This document shows positions 1-14,290 of a DNA stretch of 64,000 bases, piece after piece. Both the position numbers and the translations under genes were made by a program. Position 1 is the first letter of the stretch; the number at the start of each line of letters is the position of its first letter. The DNA lies in assembly GCF_006345805.1 (NCBI RefSeq), contig NC_043004.1, forward strand, positions 90,892,001 through 90,956,000, read 5' to 3'. The DNA is from Octopus sinensis (lineage: Eukaryota). A model generated the notes under the pieces. The model saw only the letters and a list, made by a program, of their open reading frames with translations. It was not told the origin of the DNA and did not search any database.

Positions 1-255
1 GGTGACACGTAAAAAGTACCATCTGATCGAGGCCGTTTGCCAGCCTCATCTGTCACCTATGCCGGTGGTACATAAAAAGAACCTACTACACTCATGGAGT
101 GGTTGGCGCTAGGAAGGGCATCCAGCCGTAGAAACATTGCCAGATCAGACTGGGCCTGGTGCAGCCTTCTGGTTTCCCAGACCCCAGTTGCACCGTCCAA
201 CCCATGCCAGCATGGAAGGTGGATGCTAAACGATGATGATGATGATGATGATGAT
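1..255 (+). mobile_element. Family A non-LTR/SINE-like element, 3' part with (GAT)n tail
   Basis: Contains GGTGGCACGTAAAAAG-type units, GGAAGGGCATCCAGCCGTAGAAAC and CCATGCCAGCATGG followed by a GAT tail. Same motifs as the copies at 22143 and 54622. Confidence 0.8.
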
Positions 256-429
256 GAAATGAATGATTTTCTAACTGTTATGAATATATATATGTATTAT
301 ATAATGTATACACATGGACATAAATACAGGCATACATACAAAAACACCACAAATGCAGTCTCTGTACATAATTGCAATTGTAATTAACAAAGTAAAATTT
401 CTTTATCTATGGATATCTATGTATTTCTG

Positions 430-453
430 AATTGCTTTCTTTTTTATTTGCAG
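430..453 (+). promoter_or_regulatory. Splice acceptor (polypyrimidine tract + CAG) of the DIRAS coding exon
   Basis: TTTCTTTTTTATTTGCAG ends at 453, 33 nt upstream of the ATG at 487. Confidence 0.8.
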
Positions 454-486
454 GCATCAAAGGATCGGTCGGTGCGACTTCGAGTG

Positions 487-1083
487 ATGCCAGAGCAGAG
501 CAACGACTACAGAGTGGTCGTGTTTGGTGCAGGAGGTGTGGGTAAGAGTTCCCTCGTCCTCAGATTTGTACGGGGGACATTCCGTGAAAGCTACATTCCA
601 ACAATTGAAGACACTTATCGTCAAGTTATCAGCTGCAACAAACAAGTGTGCACGCTGCAAATCACGGACACAACGGGCAGCCATCAGTTCCCCGCCATGC
701 AGCGCCTATCCATTTCAAAAGGACACGCCTTCATTTTGGTCTACTCTATCACAAGCAGGCAATCGCTGGAAGAGCTTAAGCCGATATTCAGTGAAATCAC
801 GGAGATCAAAGGAGACGTCGACAGCATCCCGATCATGCTGGTGGGCAACAAGTGCGACGAGACCAGTCGTGAGGTGACTCAGAACGTAGGAGCTGAACTG
901 GCCAAACGCTGGAACTGTGCCTATCTCGAAACTTCAGCAAAGACAAATCACAATGTGAAGGAACTATTCCAAGAACTGTTGCAGTTGGAGAAGAGACGGA
1001 CCATGAGCCTGCAACTGGAAACAAAGAAAACAAAATCCCAGAAACGCAAGGAGAAGTTAAAGGGGAAATGTGTTGTCATGTAA
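487..1083 (+). CDS. DIRAS2: Di-Ras small GTPase (DIRAS1/2-like), 198 aa, single coding exon
   Basis: Starts [28 protein letters not shown]. Has G2 YIPTIEDTY, the Di-Ras-specific G3 DTTGSH, G4 NKCD, G5 ETSAK, a polybasic tail and CaaX CVVM. Very close to vertebrate DIRAS2 as I recall it; 1:1 orthology to DIRAS1 vs DIRAS2 cannot be resolved. Confidence 0.96.
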   Translation: MPEQSNDYRVVVFGAGGVGKSSLVLRFVRGTFRESYIPTIEDTYRQVISCNKQVCTLQITDTTGSHQFPAMQRLSISKGHAFILVYSITSRQSLEELKPIFSEITEIKGDVDSIPIMLVGNKCDETSREVTQNVGAELAKRWNCAYLETSAKTNHNVKELFQELLQLEKRRTMSLQLETKKTKSQKRKEKLKGKCVVM

Positions 1084-1136
1084 AACAACACAACAACAAA
1101 AACAAATGATGCAAAACACAATAAAGAACAATAAGA

Positions 1137-1520
<384 letters not shown>

Positions 1521-1765
1521 TCTGTGTATATTTAAAATGGAAATTAGTGACAATTTTGTGACTTGCTTTATGCTGAGGTAATAGTACTGGTAATATTTTT
1601 ATCATATGGTCAAGAGACACATCCAGCTGACACTCATTACACATGCCTCCGTAATACTTAAGTAAAGTTTTACGTAAATGAACACTTACAAAAATAAACA
1701 ACAAAATCCACAAATAAATATACAAATATAAGTTCATAAATTCTTATGACCTCAATGTATATAAT

Positions 1766-1872
1766 ACCTACCTACCTACCCACCTACCTACCTACCTACC
1801 TACCTACCTACCTACCTACCTACCTACCTACCTACCTACCTACATACATACATACATACATACATACATACA

Positions 1873-1906
<34 letters not shown>

Positions 1907-1912
1907 CATACA
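1766..1912. repeat. (CCTA)n grading into (CATA)n tetranucleotide microsatellite
   Basis: Directly visible. Confidence 0.95.
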
Positions 1913-2574
1913 TAGGTCTCTACAGACAGAGAGACAGAAAGACATACATACACAAAATTATACATGTAAATATTCAGGCACTGGGATATAGTAACACACT
2001 GCCTAAATACCAATCTTGAGAAATTAGGCTTCTCAAAAGCAGAAAGGAGAAAGCTGATTCAAAGACAACAGATCCATTCCAGAAGTTGATCATTTAATAT
2101 ATTTATGATGTCAATATACTATCTTAAGTAAAAAAAGATTTAACAGTTCAGTCATATATCCTGAAACCAAGAGGCATTGCATGTGTGTATATGTGTGTGC
2201 ATATGTATGCGTATATAAATTCCAGACATCCACCTATAAAAAAGAAATAACTGCAACAGTAGTTCTGAGCAAGAAGAATCTGTGTAGCCTAAAGTTAGCT
2301 TGCATATTTCAAAATACAAGCTCAAAAATTAAATTAAACACACAGGATATATGCTATAAGATTACAGAATTATTATAAATTTAAAACTGGTTAAATTGTA
2401 GGAAATACTCTAAATTGAATAATATAATACATCTAAGCTTGCTTAGTGATGTACTCACTCCACATATCACACACTGACACACATATACACTTGTTGATTA
2501 AAACAAAACCAGGTTCAAGAGAAATAAATATACACATATTAAAATAAGTACACACATATACATTTGTGCATGAG

Positions 2575-3065
<491 letters not shown>

Positions 3066-3650
3066 TCATAAATATGTACGCACACATTCACACATTTGAC
3101 TAGAATAACAATTTTGAAAATTGAAACAAAATGACAAAAAATTTAAGCAAAAAAGAGATTAAAAAATTATCATAAGCAAAAAAAAAAAAAGAAAAAATAA
3201 TGAATAAAAAATATGAATTAATTCAAAATTATGAAAATTAGTCAAAACCAAAGTCTTTGAGAGTAAAATGCAAGGAAAAAAAAATAGAAACAAAATAAAA
3301 AAAAAATCAAATCCAGATTTTACAAAAGAGGAAAGAAAAACCCTTTTTTTTTAATCCTCGAAATTACATATTTTCAAATTCATTTTTCTTTTTCATTTTT
3401 CTGTTAACTGTTAACTGTTGATCTTTGACTTTTGAGTTTTGACTTTTCAGTTTGACAAAGAAAAAAAAAAAAAAGATAAAAAAAAAGAAAAATCTTTAGC
3501 TTACATCTCACATTGTATGGTTCATTGAACTCAAGACGATTACGATGATCATGATCATGATCATAATGTTGATGATAATTGATTATGAAGAAAGAAATAT
3601 TTAATTTCACCTTGAAATTGTCTTAATTTTTCTTATAAAAAAACTATTAC

Positions 3651-3692
<42 letters not shown>

Positions 3693-3729
3693 GATTATTA
3701 TCATTTTTATTATTATTATTATCATTATT

Positions 3730-5110
3730 AATTGACTGTACCCCCTCACTCAAAATTTATGGCTTTTTGCCTTTGTTCTAACATCATTATTTTTCACTAT
3801 CCTACAGTGAATGACAGAATTGGTAGTGCTTTGGGCAAAATACCTTGTGGTATTAAGTTATGTTTCTTTTTGGTCTGAGTTCAAATTCCACTGAGGTCAA
3901 TTTTGCCTTTCATCCTTTTGGGATAGATGAAATAAAATACCAGTTAAGTACTGGGGTTGATGGTATTGACTCCTAAAATTGCTGGCCTTGTACCAAAATT
4001 TGAAATCAAAGGTGCCAAGTTGGTAGAATCATTAGCATGTCAGACAAAAACCGTTAGTGGCATTTCTTCCAGGCTTAGTCTGAGCTCAAATACCACCAAG
4101 GTCAACATTATCTTACCTTTTGGGGCCAATAAAAGATTTGAAACTATTATTGACTGTACCCCTCACTCAAAATTTATGGCTTTTTGCCTATGTTTGAAAT
4201 CATTATTTTTTCCTATCCAACAGAGAATGACAAAATTAGTAGAGCTTCGGACAAAATACCTAGCAGTATTAAGTTGTGCCTCTTTATGTTCTGAGTTCAA
4301 ATTCCACTGCCTTTTGTCCTTCAGAGTTTGATAAAAATAAAGTACCAGTCAAGTACTGGCATTGATTTAACTGACTGTACTCCTCCCCAAATTTGTGACC
4401 TTGTGCCTGAGTTAAATCATCACAATTATTATTAGTTCTATCATTTCTTATAAAGGTGGTTGTTGTGTTAGGACAGTGGAGTAGCCTAATTGTTAAAGCA
4501 GCAAATATAATGCCTTTTGGTCTTTCTTTACATCCTACCAAGGTCAACTTTGATTTCATGCATGCAGTGAGTAGAGTGGAGAGAGTCTGTAAATATGTAC
4601 TAGTGAAATACCTAATGTTGAAATTAGTTACCTTTACCTACTTCCTCCGAATTGTGGCTCTGGTAGAATTCGTAGAACATCAGATAGATTGACTTGAAAT
4701 ATTGAATAATATCCCTTACCAGTGTCAATAAAATTAAGAACCAGTCAAGTACTAAGGTTGATCTACTCAACTATATATCAACCATGAATTTACAGCCTTG
4801 TGCATATGCTAGAAATTATTATTATTTGACTGTACCCCTCACCCAAAATTGATGGCTTTTTGCCTGTTGGAAATCTTTATTATTCTCACTATACTACAAT
4901 GAATGATAGAATTGATAGAGTATCAGATGAAATATCTTGCAGTATTTAGTTATGTTTCTTTATACTCTGAGTTCAAATCCCACCAACATCAACTTTACCT
5001 TTCATCACTTCAAGGTTGACAAAAAGTACAAGTCAAGCACTGAGACCAATTTAATTGACTAACCCTCTTGCTCAAATTTCTGGCCTTGTGCATATATTAG
5101 AAACAGCTAT
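3730..5110 (+). mobile_element. Head-to-tail chain of decayed family C SINE copies
   Basis: Repeated CTGAGTTCAAATTCCAC...CCTTTCATCC...ATAAAATAAAGTACCAGTCAAGTACTGG blocks. TTGACTGTACCCCTCAC..AAAATT.ATGGCTTTTTGCC recurs near 3732, 4150 and 4827. Confidence 0.75.
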
Positions 5111-5545
5111 TATCATTATCATTATCATTGTCATTATTCTTTCTTGAAGATTAGTTATATAAAATTAATTTTCTCTTGTTTTTTCAAGTCTTTTTGATGA
5201 ACTTCTGAAACTAATGATCTACATCATTATTTTTTTTTAAAACTTACATCCTAGTATCTACAAACTAAAAATGTATATAAAATAGATGAAAAAAACCCCA
5301 TAGCAATTCATTTATACAAAGAGAAAACCCCCTATTCTGAATTGTTAGTTGTTGTTATTACTGTAGCAAACCATTAAGTAACTGTGAAAAGAATGACAAA
5401 CCTGTCTGAGACCATGGATGGTTGGCCCTAGGTTGAAGGTGCTTGATAGCATGGGTTGTGAACAGTAAAGCAACGGGGGATGCAAGGTTGTGAACAGAAG
5501 ACAGTAATATATGTAATGGAAGGAGAGAGCAGTGGCTCTCACAAT

Positions 5546-5690
<145 letters not shown>

Positions 5691-6363
5691 AAGGTTTTTG
5701 TGATTTCTTCATTGCAAAAAGGAACTAATTTGACTTTGTTTCATATTTAACCTGCTTTGTTAAAACCCTCCAGCAAGGGTTGAACTACACAGTTTTCCCC
5801 TTCTGCTACAAATTTGTGACATCCCTGTGTCTAAGCAAGAAACTGATGTTAAATATTGACATTTTGATGCCAGTGATAGAAACCTAAGCCCTACTCCTCT
5901 TTATTTGAAGAATTTCCAGACTTTGTCTGCAAGGGCATTTTCATCATTACATAAATAAATAAAGCCACCATGGTTGGTTTTATTTATTATAAATGTTAGT
6001 CTTTGTCTCATCTTTACTCAAAAACTCAAACTCTTATTAAAAACAATCTCAAATACTTAGTCCTAAAACCTAATCCTAACCTTAAACAATAATCTTAAGC
6101 CCTAACCCTTTAAGACTAATCCTTAAACTCAAATGCCTAAATGCAAAACTACCCTTTAAATTTAAATATAAGCCTAGCAGTAATGTCAAGCTAATCCAAC
6201 CATAAACCCTGACTAACATTAATCCTAAAGGGTATGACAATTACCTGGTCTGTCTCAGAAGGTCTGCAGAAACAATGAACACAACCTTTCCTATCAGACC
6301 AAACAAACAAATATCTAATATTACTCTATATTTGTATATGGATATGTATACATGAAATAATGT

Positions 6364-6438
<75 letters not shown>

Positions 6439-6900
6439 ATATCCCAATAAAAAAAGAAAATAAATATAAATAAGCAAAAAGGAATAAAAATAAAAAATGA
6501 AAAAAAAGACCCAAATTGCTTAGAGTTCAAAATGAAAGATTTCAACTCAACTTAGATTGCTTTCTTTTAATGCCTTAGGGAAAGGTGTCAACATCACACC
6601 ACAAAATACCTCTTCATTTGACGAATTTTGTGACTATGTGCTGAAGTAGAAAATTAGTTTTGTTTGTGAAGAAACTGTCAGAATAAATGATATTTTCTCT
6701 TCAAAAATTTCAAAGGATTTGTTAAAAAGTACAAAGAAATAATACAATAATACAATGCAGCATATTTTTCTGCATCGTAATAACATTAAACTTACAATTT
6801 AAAAAGAATTTTTTTATTAAAAAAGAAGGAAATATAAACTTACAAGAATAGATATTACTGAAACAATAACTGATATATATCTATATCTATATCTACATCC

Positions 6901-6962
<62 letters not shown>

Positions 6963-9248
6963 ATATGTATGTATGTATGTATATGTGTGTGTGCGTGTAT
7001 ACACACGCACACACGCACACGCACATAGCTGGGAACTTGATATTCCATCACTCTATCTCTTTCATCTAGTTAAGATATTTTTAATTTGAATATAATATTT
7101 TAAAAGGTAAAGAATATTAGGAAACTATGTTATCTGCTGTTAAAATATTCCACTGACATCACATGACATCTCTAAAACCATGAAAATTTGGAAGAACTTG
7201 GTTTCTCACTTAACTGATCTCTTATTAATATTCTCTCAGGAACTGCTTCAATATTTATCCACCCTAGATAAAATTTATTAACACTTTAGCAATGTACTTA
7301 TGAATATACACTCAGGACCATTTTTAAGATTTACCTGACCAAGTACTAGCCAGTAATAGTATGGTATACAATATATACAACACCATAGGAAAGAAATATG
7401 GAAGACACTGCCACTGGCTATCAACAGGAAATCCCTGGCAAATGAGGAAGCCTCTCCATAGTAGCTTAACTTGCTAGAAACAGAAGTCAAATATCCCTCA
7501 AATTACACCCACCCCAATGCAGAAATGGACACATTGAAGAATGTGGTCCTGGCTGGGATGTCTTAGATCACAGGAGTATATAATCAGAGCATCTTGCAGT
7601 ACAAATGTGATCTTGGACGACCCATAGTAAACATGGTGGTGGTGGTGGTGGTGGTGTAATGTTATCACCATCATTATTACTGATAGTAACAGTATTATTT
7701 TCATTGATATTGCCTTCATGACCACCACAATCATATTTCTCATCCCTCTAGTGGTCTTCATCCTTATCATCATCATCATCATCATGACCATCATGATTAT
7801 AATGAACATCATTACCCTCATCATCATCGTCATTCTCTTTCCTGCAAACCTGATAAATCTTTTCAGAAATACTCCTATACCATTGGTAATATTAAAATAG
7901 TTTTGATTCCAAAGTCACTCAAATGTTGCAAGATTTATTGGAAACGTGAGATGTTGTGATGTTAATGGCATATTTTTTCTCCATTTTTTTTTTCCTTATG
8001 TCTACCTCTTGTATCACTGATATCCTTTACCTTACAGTTGAGGTCACACACCTAAATCTGAAGGGAACATGATTAGATGATGTTCTACCTTTTTTTTTCG
8101 CCAAGTATTAAATAAAATGGAATTACTTTATGTGAAGTAGATCTTAAACTACAGGTTTGCCAACTCAGTTGAAGTTTTCTTTTTGTTCTGTGGTTATTGG
8201 GACCCTGAATAACCATCCTTTATATATGAATAATCAGAAGAAGAAAACTTGACAGCTGGTCCACTGTAGCCCACCCCAATCGAGTCTAACCACCCAATTA
8301 AACCAAAGAGGCAACCTATATGTTCCACAGTTCACACACTGCCTTGTTGAAAAAATGTAAGGTCAAATAAGATAATGTAATCTTAGACATACTGTGTATG
8401 AAAAAAAGAAGACTGGATGGTCATGATTGGAATTCTTTTCATCATAGTTTTGGCTTTGGATAGTAAACAACTGAACAATATAATTAAACACATTCTTCCC
8501 TCGTTTATTTATCAAAGGGTCATTTATAATTAAATCTTTTGATAGCAGTTTGCTTGATACCACTTCTGGTTCTATGATACAATATTCCTCTTCTGAAGTG
8601 AGCTAAATTAAAACCTTCAATCAAAATTTCAAATAAATTTATGTTCCAAACACCAGCTTAATGACAAATTTATTTTACTAAATCCTTTATTATTTTCAGA
8701 ATTAATTGAAACAAAGCAGAGTATTTCAACAGAAATATGGTAATAGATGAGTTAAGGAGTACTTCAGTTAAATTTTGACTTAGTACAAGTAAGATTTAAC
8801 AGTGTTGTTTAATCTTTTTGTTACGATTTTTCTAATGCAATACATCAACTACATACTCCAATTAAATTTCAAAATAATTCAAGAATTTAGAGGTATTTAG
8901 TAATATAACTAAATTTTTAGTATGAAGCTGGTGTTCAGTACACAACAGTTTTTACATTAAGTTGCAATGTTAGGTTCAAATATAAATACCTTATAAACAT
9001 GTATCTTGTGGGGTTAATATCAAATGTGTTAATTTGAGCTGGGAGGAGGAGAGATGAATTGTAGAAATGGTAGAATGCTAGATAAAATGACTTGTAGCAT
9101 TTAGTTACATCTCTTTACAGTTCAGCAAGTACAATGTATCAACTTTGAACTTTTATTATTTGTGGCATTGGAATTGCTTAGATACATAATACACACGCAC
9201 ACACACACACACATACAAACATTTTTGCATGTGTGTGCATTATATATA

Positions 9249-9555
9249 TATATATTAGAAGAAATGAGGTAATCAGAAGATCGGATGGTTCATATTTACA
9301 GATATTTATTTATATATTACATTTTTTACATATATATATATCATATCATTCAGATCATTAGCGCTTTCTCCCATTCTAGTGGGGTTTTCAAATCAAAATA
9401 ATAATTATTTTGATTTGAAAACCCCACTAGAATGGGAGAAAGCGCTAATGATCTGAATGATATGATATATATATGTAAAAAATGTAATATATAAATAAAT
9501 ATCTGTAAATATGAACCATCCGATCTTCTGATTACCTCATTTCTTCTAATATATA
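9249..9555. repeat. ~305-bp near-perfect palindrome (foldback)
   Basis: Arms of ~152 bp around a single A at 9403. The only difference seen is a 2-nt indel in an internal TA run. Confidence 0.95.
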
Positions 9556-9606
9556 ATACCTGTACATCATCTCCAAACCTTCCAATATATATATATATAT
9601 ATATAT

Positions 9607-9641
<35 letters not shown>

Positions 9642-12557
9642 GCATCAGAGGAAGAACTGGGTTTTCACATTTTTACCCGAATTACACATTGCTTCTTTGC
9701 AAACAACATTTTACTTTTAACTGAAAATCACCACTGAAAAACAAGAAACTTGGAGTAAACACTACTGAAAACCCATTTCTTCTACTGTTGTTGTTATGAT
9801 TATGTATTTAACTCAATGTATTGAGTACCATCTACACACACACACAATAGTAATCAAACAAAAGATAAAATTTAAAGAAACAAAACAAAAATGTTGGAAA
9901 GTAAACAACTGTATTAACTGTATTAAGAAAGAAGTTGTATAGATCCAGATCAATCTTGAACTTGCAAAAGATGTTCTACTTATGACTATCTTGTCTTTTC
10001 ATTCAGACAGTATTTGTTACTATAAATCACTTAATTTATCCTGTATTTTATAGAAGGATATGAGAAAGGTTTGACAGCTAATTCTAGCATGAAGTAGCTT
10101 CTTTTAAACTTTGTTCTAAAATAATTTACAGAATTTCAACCTCTAGAGAGGACATGTAGGACTGCCAACTATTAATATCCAGTTCGGTCATACTAAAGCC
10201 TTCACACAACTGGCCAAATGCACTACTTGGGCCTTGGATGTCTTGAGCAGAATTTACTCTTCTGTAAGCATTTGAACTAGAATCCCCCAGTTTCTTCCCC
10301 ACCCACGTTCTGTTAACATTACAATGATAATAAACCCTGTCTTCTCTAACTCACACACACGCACATGCAGACACACACACACACACATACACACACAAAT
10401 TAAGGATTAAAGATCAAACTGGCCAGGTTCTTGCCTTGGTATTGGTTCCAATTCAAAGTTAGTTGACTGACCATTTATGTTGTTAATACTACCTCTCTGA
10501 TAAATACCACAAAATTTTGCTCCCCTTCATCTGCACCTATTAGCTTCATGAATTTCTGTCCTTAGGCACCATACAATGAAAACCAACATCGTTTGTTAGC
10601 CAGTGCTGAAAAGTTATTAAGAGAAAAGATAAAATTTCCCATTTTTCAACATATTTAAACATGTTTAGTACTGTGGTTGCAGCTACTTCACTTCACTTCT
10701 CTCACACCACCAAGAAATGTTCTGGTAGAGAGGGTTGACACCTTTCACTTGCAATGTCTTTTTTCACAGTCTAGCAGATTAAACATACAAATCTTTGTTT
10801 TTACTCTGCATGGTCTAACAAGAAAACAAAAGGATGTTATTGCCAAGAATGTTTGGCACTGGTGGATCCAAAGTCTGCTTTCAATTATACTGTAATGCTA
10901 ATGATGCTGATGATGATAATAATACTAACCCTTAAAGATTTCTAAAAGCGGTACAAGTACACAAATTTTAGGATGTTGTTAATTAAATCTGCTGCCAGTA
11001 CTTGACTGATACTCATCAGATGATGCCTAGAAGGATGAAAAGAAAACTAGGTTTCAGCAGGATTTGAACTCAGAACAACAAGGGATGTAACTAAATGCCA
11101 TGAGGCATTTAATCTAGCATTCAAACTCATATGCCATTCTATTTTCTTTTACGATGATAAAAATAACAATCTCACACAGCACAGCCTCTACACAATTGCC
11201 ATCCGACACTATAACACAAATCAACTCTCAACAATTGGTGCAGTGGATCTCAAACATCACATTGTGATGCATAGGTACACTGCAAATGGTACCAAGGTGC
11301 ACCATGGATTTTTAAAGATATAATTTAAGGCTTTAGAAAATCCCTACCAATGGTAGAGCCTCTTGAAAAAATAAATAATTCATAATTCTGCTATGCACAG
11401 ATATGATTAATAAAACAAGGTAAGCAATAGTTTTCTATATTTTTTCTAAATTTTTAAATTTAAAACAGTTTTTTTTTAAACTGTTCATGTAAAGTGCACG
11501 AGTAATTTTTAGTGCCATGAAGTCAGAAACATTGAGAACTACTGAACTATGAGCTGTCAAGATCCTTAACAGACATGACAACATAGTCTACACAATCCCC
11601 ATCCAGTATTATAACTCCACACTTACTCTACACTATCACCCACCTGACTATAACACAACCCACACCACCCAATCACCATCTGAACTATAACACAACACAA
11701 ACTCTATGCAAGTACCACCAGACACACAACACATAATCTACATTATCACCACTGAACCATATAATAACACATCACATATTCTACACAACACAAAAAAAAA
11801 ATAGTAGAATAACACCAGAAACAACAAAACAAAATCGCACAATAAAATAAAAGATGTAACATAACAAACACAATTTTACATTTCCAAAGGACAACGCAGT
11901 AGACACCTGAAAGAAGTGCAGTCAAAGTTCATATGAATCTGTTGGCAACATCAGATATCGCTAATGATTTTGTGAAAATTATGAACATCCCAACCTCTTT
12001 TCTCCTAAAAATATCAGATCTTTGTGCCTAGTCAAAAAACACATGCAAAAAGAAAAATTATTTGTACTATATAAAGGTTTTTTTTTTAGTGATTTATGTT
12101 TGAGAGGGAGGAAAGGGAGTAGCACCCTTAGCTTTTGCAAGCCCTCAGATGGGTGAAGTTTATATGTATTGGTGTTCAGCTCAAACCAGGAGCAATATGG
12201 ATGGGGGACAGAGGTCCAGAGGAATGTAATTCATTAGAAGAATGATTAAGTTTAAAATGTTTGGTACAGAACTTGCAGGGTAAAATGAGACAGAGTGACA
12301 TGAAAAGGTGGTGGTGGTGTGTGTGTGTGTGTGTGTGTGTAACAAGCGAGCTTGGGCAGGAGTGATACACAAATACCTAGTCAAGCAATTGGGGTTTATT
12401 GTAGATGAGATAGGAGGGAAAAGTACATTTCTGGTTAAATAGTTATTATCATATAGCACTGCAGTGAGAGTTGTACAAAACCGCTTGCCAAGTTCAGAGG
12501 GACTTTTAACTGTTATAATACTAGGATAGATTGAGGAAGAATATACTGTGACCATAG

Positions 12558-12789
12558 AAGGCAGCAAGCTGGCAGAAACGTTAGCACGCCGGGCGAAATG
12601 CTTAGCGGTATTTCGTCTGTCACTACGTTCTGAGTTCAAATTCTGCCGAGGTCGACTTTGCCTTTCATCCTTTCGGGGTCGACAAATATAGTACCAGTTT
12701 CGCACTGGGGTCGATGTGATCGACTTAATTCCTTTGTCTGTCCTTGTTTGTCCCCTCTATGTTTAGCCCCTTGTGGGTAGTAAAGAAAT
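12558..12789 (+). mobile_element. Family C SINE, young full-length copy
   Basis: tRNA-like head (GCTGGCAGAA...GAGTTCAAATTC), central GCCTTTCATCCTTTCGGGGTCGA domain, AAAGAAAT tail. 17-bp TSD ATATACTGTGACCATAG at 12541-12557 and 12790-12806. Confidence 0.9.
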
Positions 12790-13479
12790 ATATACTGTGA
12801 CCATAGGTTAATTATGTGTATAATAATTGTAGTGTAGTTGTAATGTACTGCTGGGGTGTGGTAGCTCAGAAGAACAAGAATTACTGTAAAGAAAAATAGA
12901 AGAAAGAGTGGGGGGCTTCAGTGTTTCAGTGGGTATAGTTATGGTGAACAGTTTGCTAGTTTAGAGGAACAAAAATGATTGTACGAGTAGTAGGAATGAT
13001 ATGAATTGACAGAGTGAGTTAGTGGTTGTAACTTAGTGGTTGCAGTGTAATACTAGGGCAGGTATAGGAGTTGCAACTGTTGTACTAGTCATAGAAGAGG
13101 CAGGAGGACAGACAACACAGTGTTTCAGTAGGGATAATGGCTGCAGTATGCTGTTAAATAAAATGCTATCTATCTGTCGGAAGGCTTCTCTTTGGATGCT
13201 GTCACAAATGTTTTTGTGCGTAAGTTGCTTCATCCCAGATATATGAACAGTTCTCTAGCATGGATCACATTTGTACTCTGTAAGATCACCAAGTATTCAT
13301 TGCTCAAGTGGTCACTGGTCCTAATGACAGTGCCTAGCCTTTGAACTACAACACATAATGTTATAAATGTGGTCGTCATGTACAACATCATCAAGTGAAT
13401 GCTGAAGTGATGGTACAGGGGATGAGACAGTAATATAGTTTCAATCCTCAGATAATTCAGTTTCAAATGTGTTGCCAAC

Positions 13480-14290
13480 AACCATTATGAGAAAGCACTG
13501 TTTGTACTATGCATATACATTTTCCATGCTATTTTTGTGTATTCTGAGTTCAAATCCCCACAAAGTATAAGTTAGTAATTTTTCATCCATTCTCCAAATT
13601 TAGAACTCCTTGAACATCAAAGTGAATTCCATGCAATACTTAGTTTTGTTCCTTTACATTCTCAGTTCAAATCCTATCAGGAATTAAGTTCGTCTTTCAT
13701 TACAGGGTGAAGTTGATAAGACTAATTACCAGTGAGATACTTAGGTTAATACAATCACTTATGAAGTCCTCTCTTACATGTTTGCAGCCTGGATTTAGAA
13801 ATCAATATAATTATTTTGTTCAAATTTTTGGAACAAAATGGCTCATAGTAGTTATATCCCTTTACATTGTGAGTTCAAATCATAACTTTGCATTCCAGCA
13901 AAGTTAATAAAACAGTACCAGTAGCATACTGTGGGCTATCTAATTGATTATACTACCCTATAATTAGTGGCATTACACCAACCCTAGAAATCAATATCAT
14001 TGTTGTTGTTGTTGGTACTATTATTATGAAGACAACAAGCTGGCAGAATCATTAGTGCATCAGACAAAATGCTCAGCGGCATTGCTTCTGAGTTCAAATC
14101 CTCTGAGGTCAACTTTGCCTTTCATCCAATTGGGGGTCAATAAAATAAAGTACCAGTGAAATAATTGACTAGCTCTGTCCTCCTAAAATTGCAGGCCTTA
14201 TACCAAAATTTGAAACATTATTATTATTATTACTTTCTGAGCTCAATCCTCACCAAGCACAAATTTCCTGGTCCTGAAGTCAATAAAATA
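13480..14290 (+). mobile_element. Cluster of old family C SINE fragments
   Basis: Several CTGAGTTCAAATCC / TTTGCCTTTCATCC / AATAAAATAAGTACCAG motifs. Confidence 0.6.

Noticed and set aside
409-486. 26-aa N-terminal extension in the 224-aa ORF
   Set aside because: It runs through a polypyrimidine tract and splice acceptor; homology to Di-Ras begins at the Met at 487.
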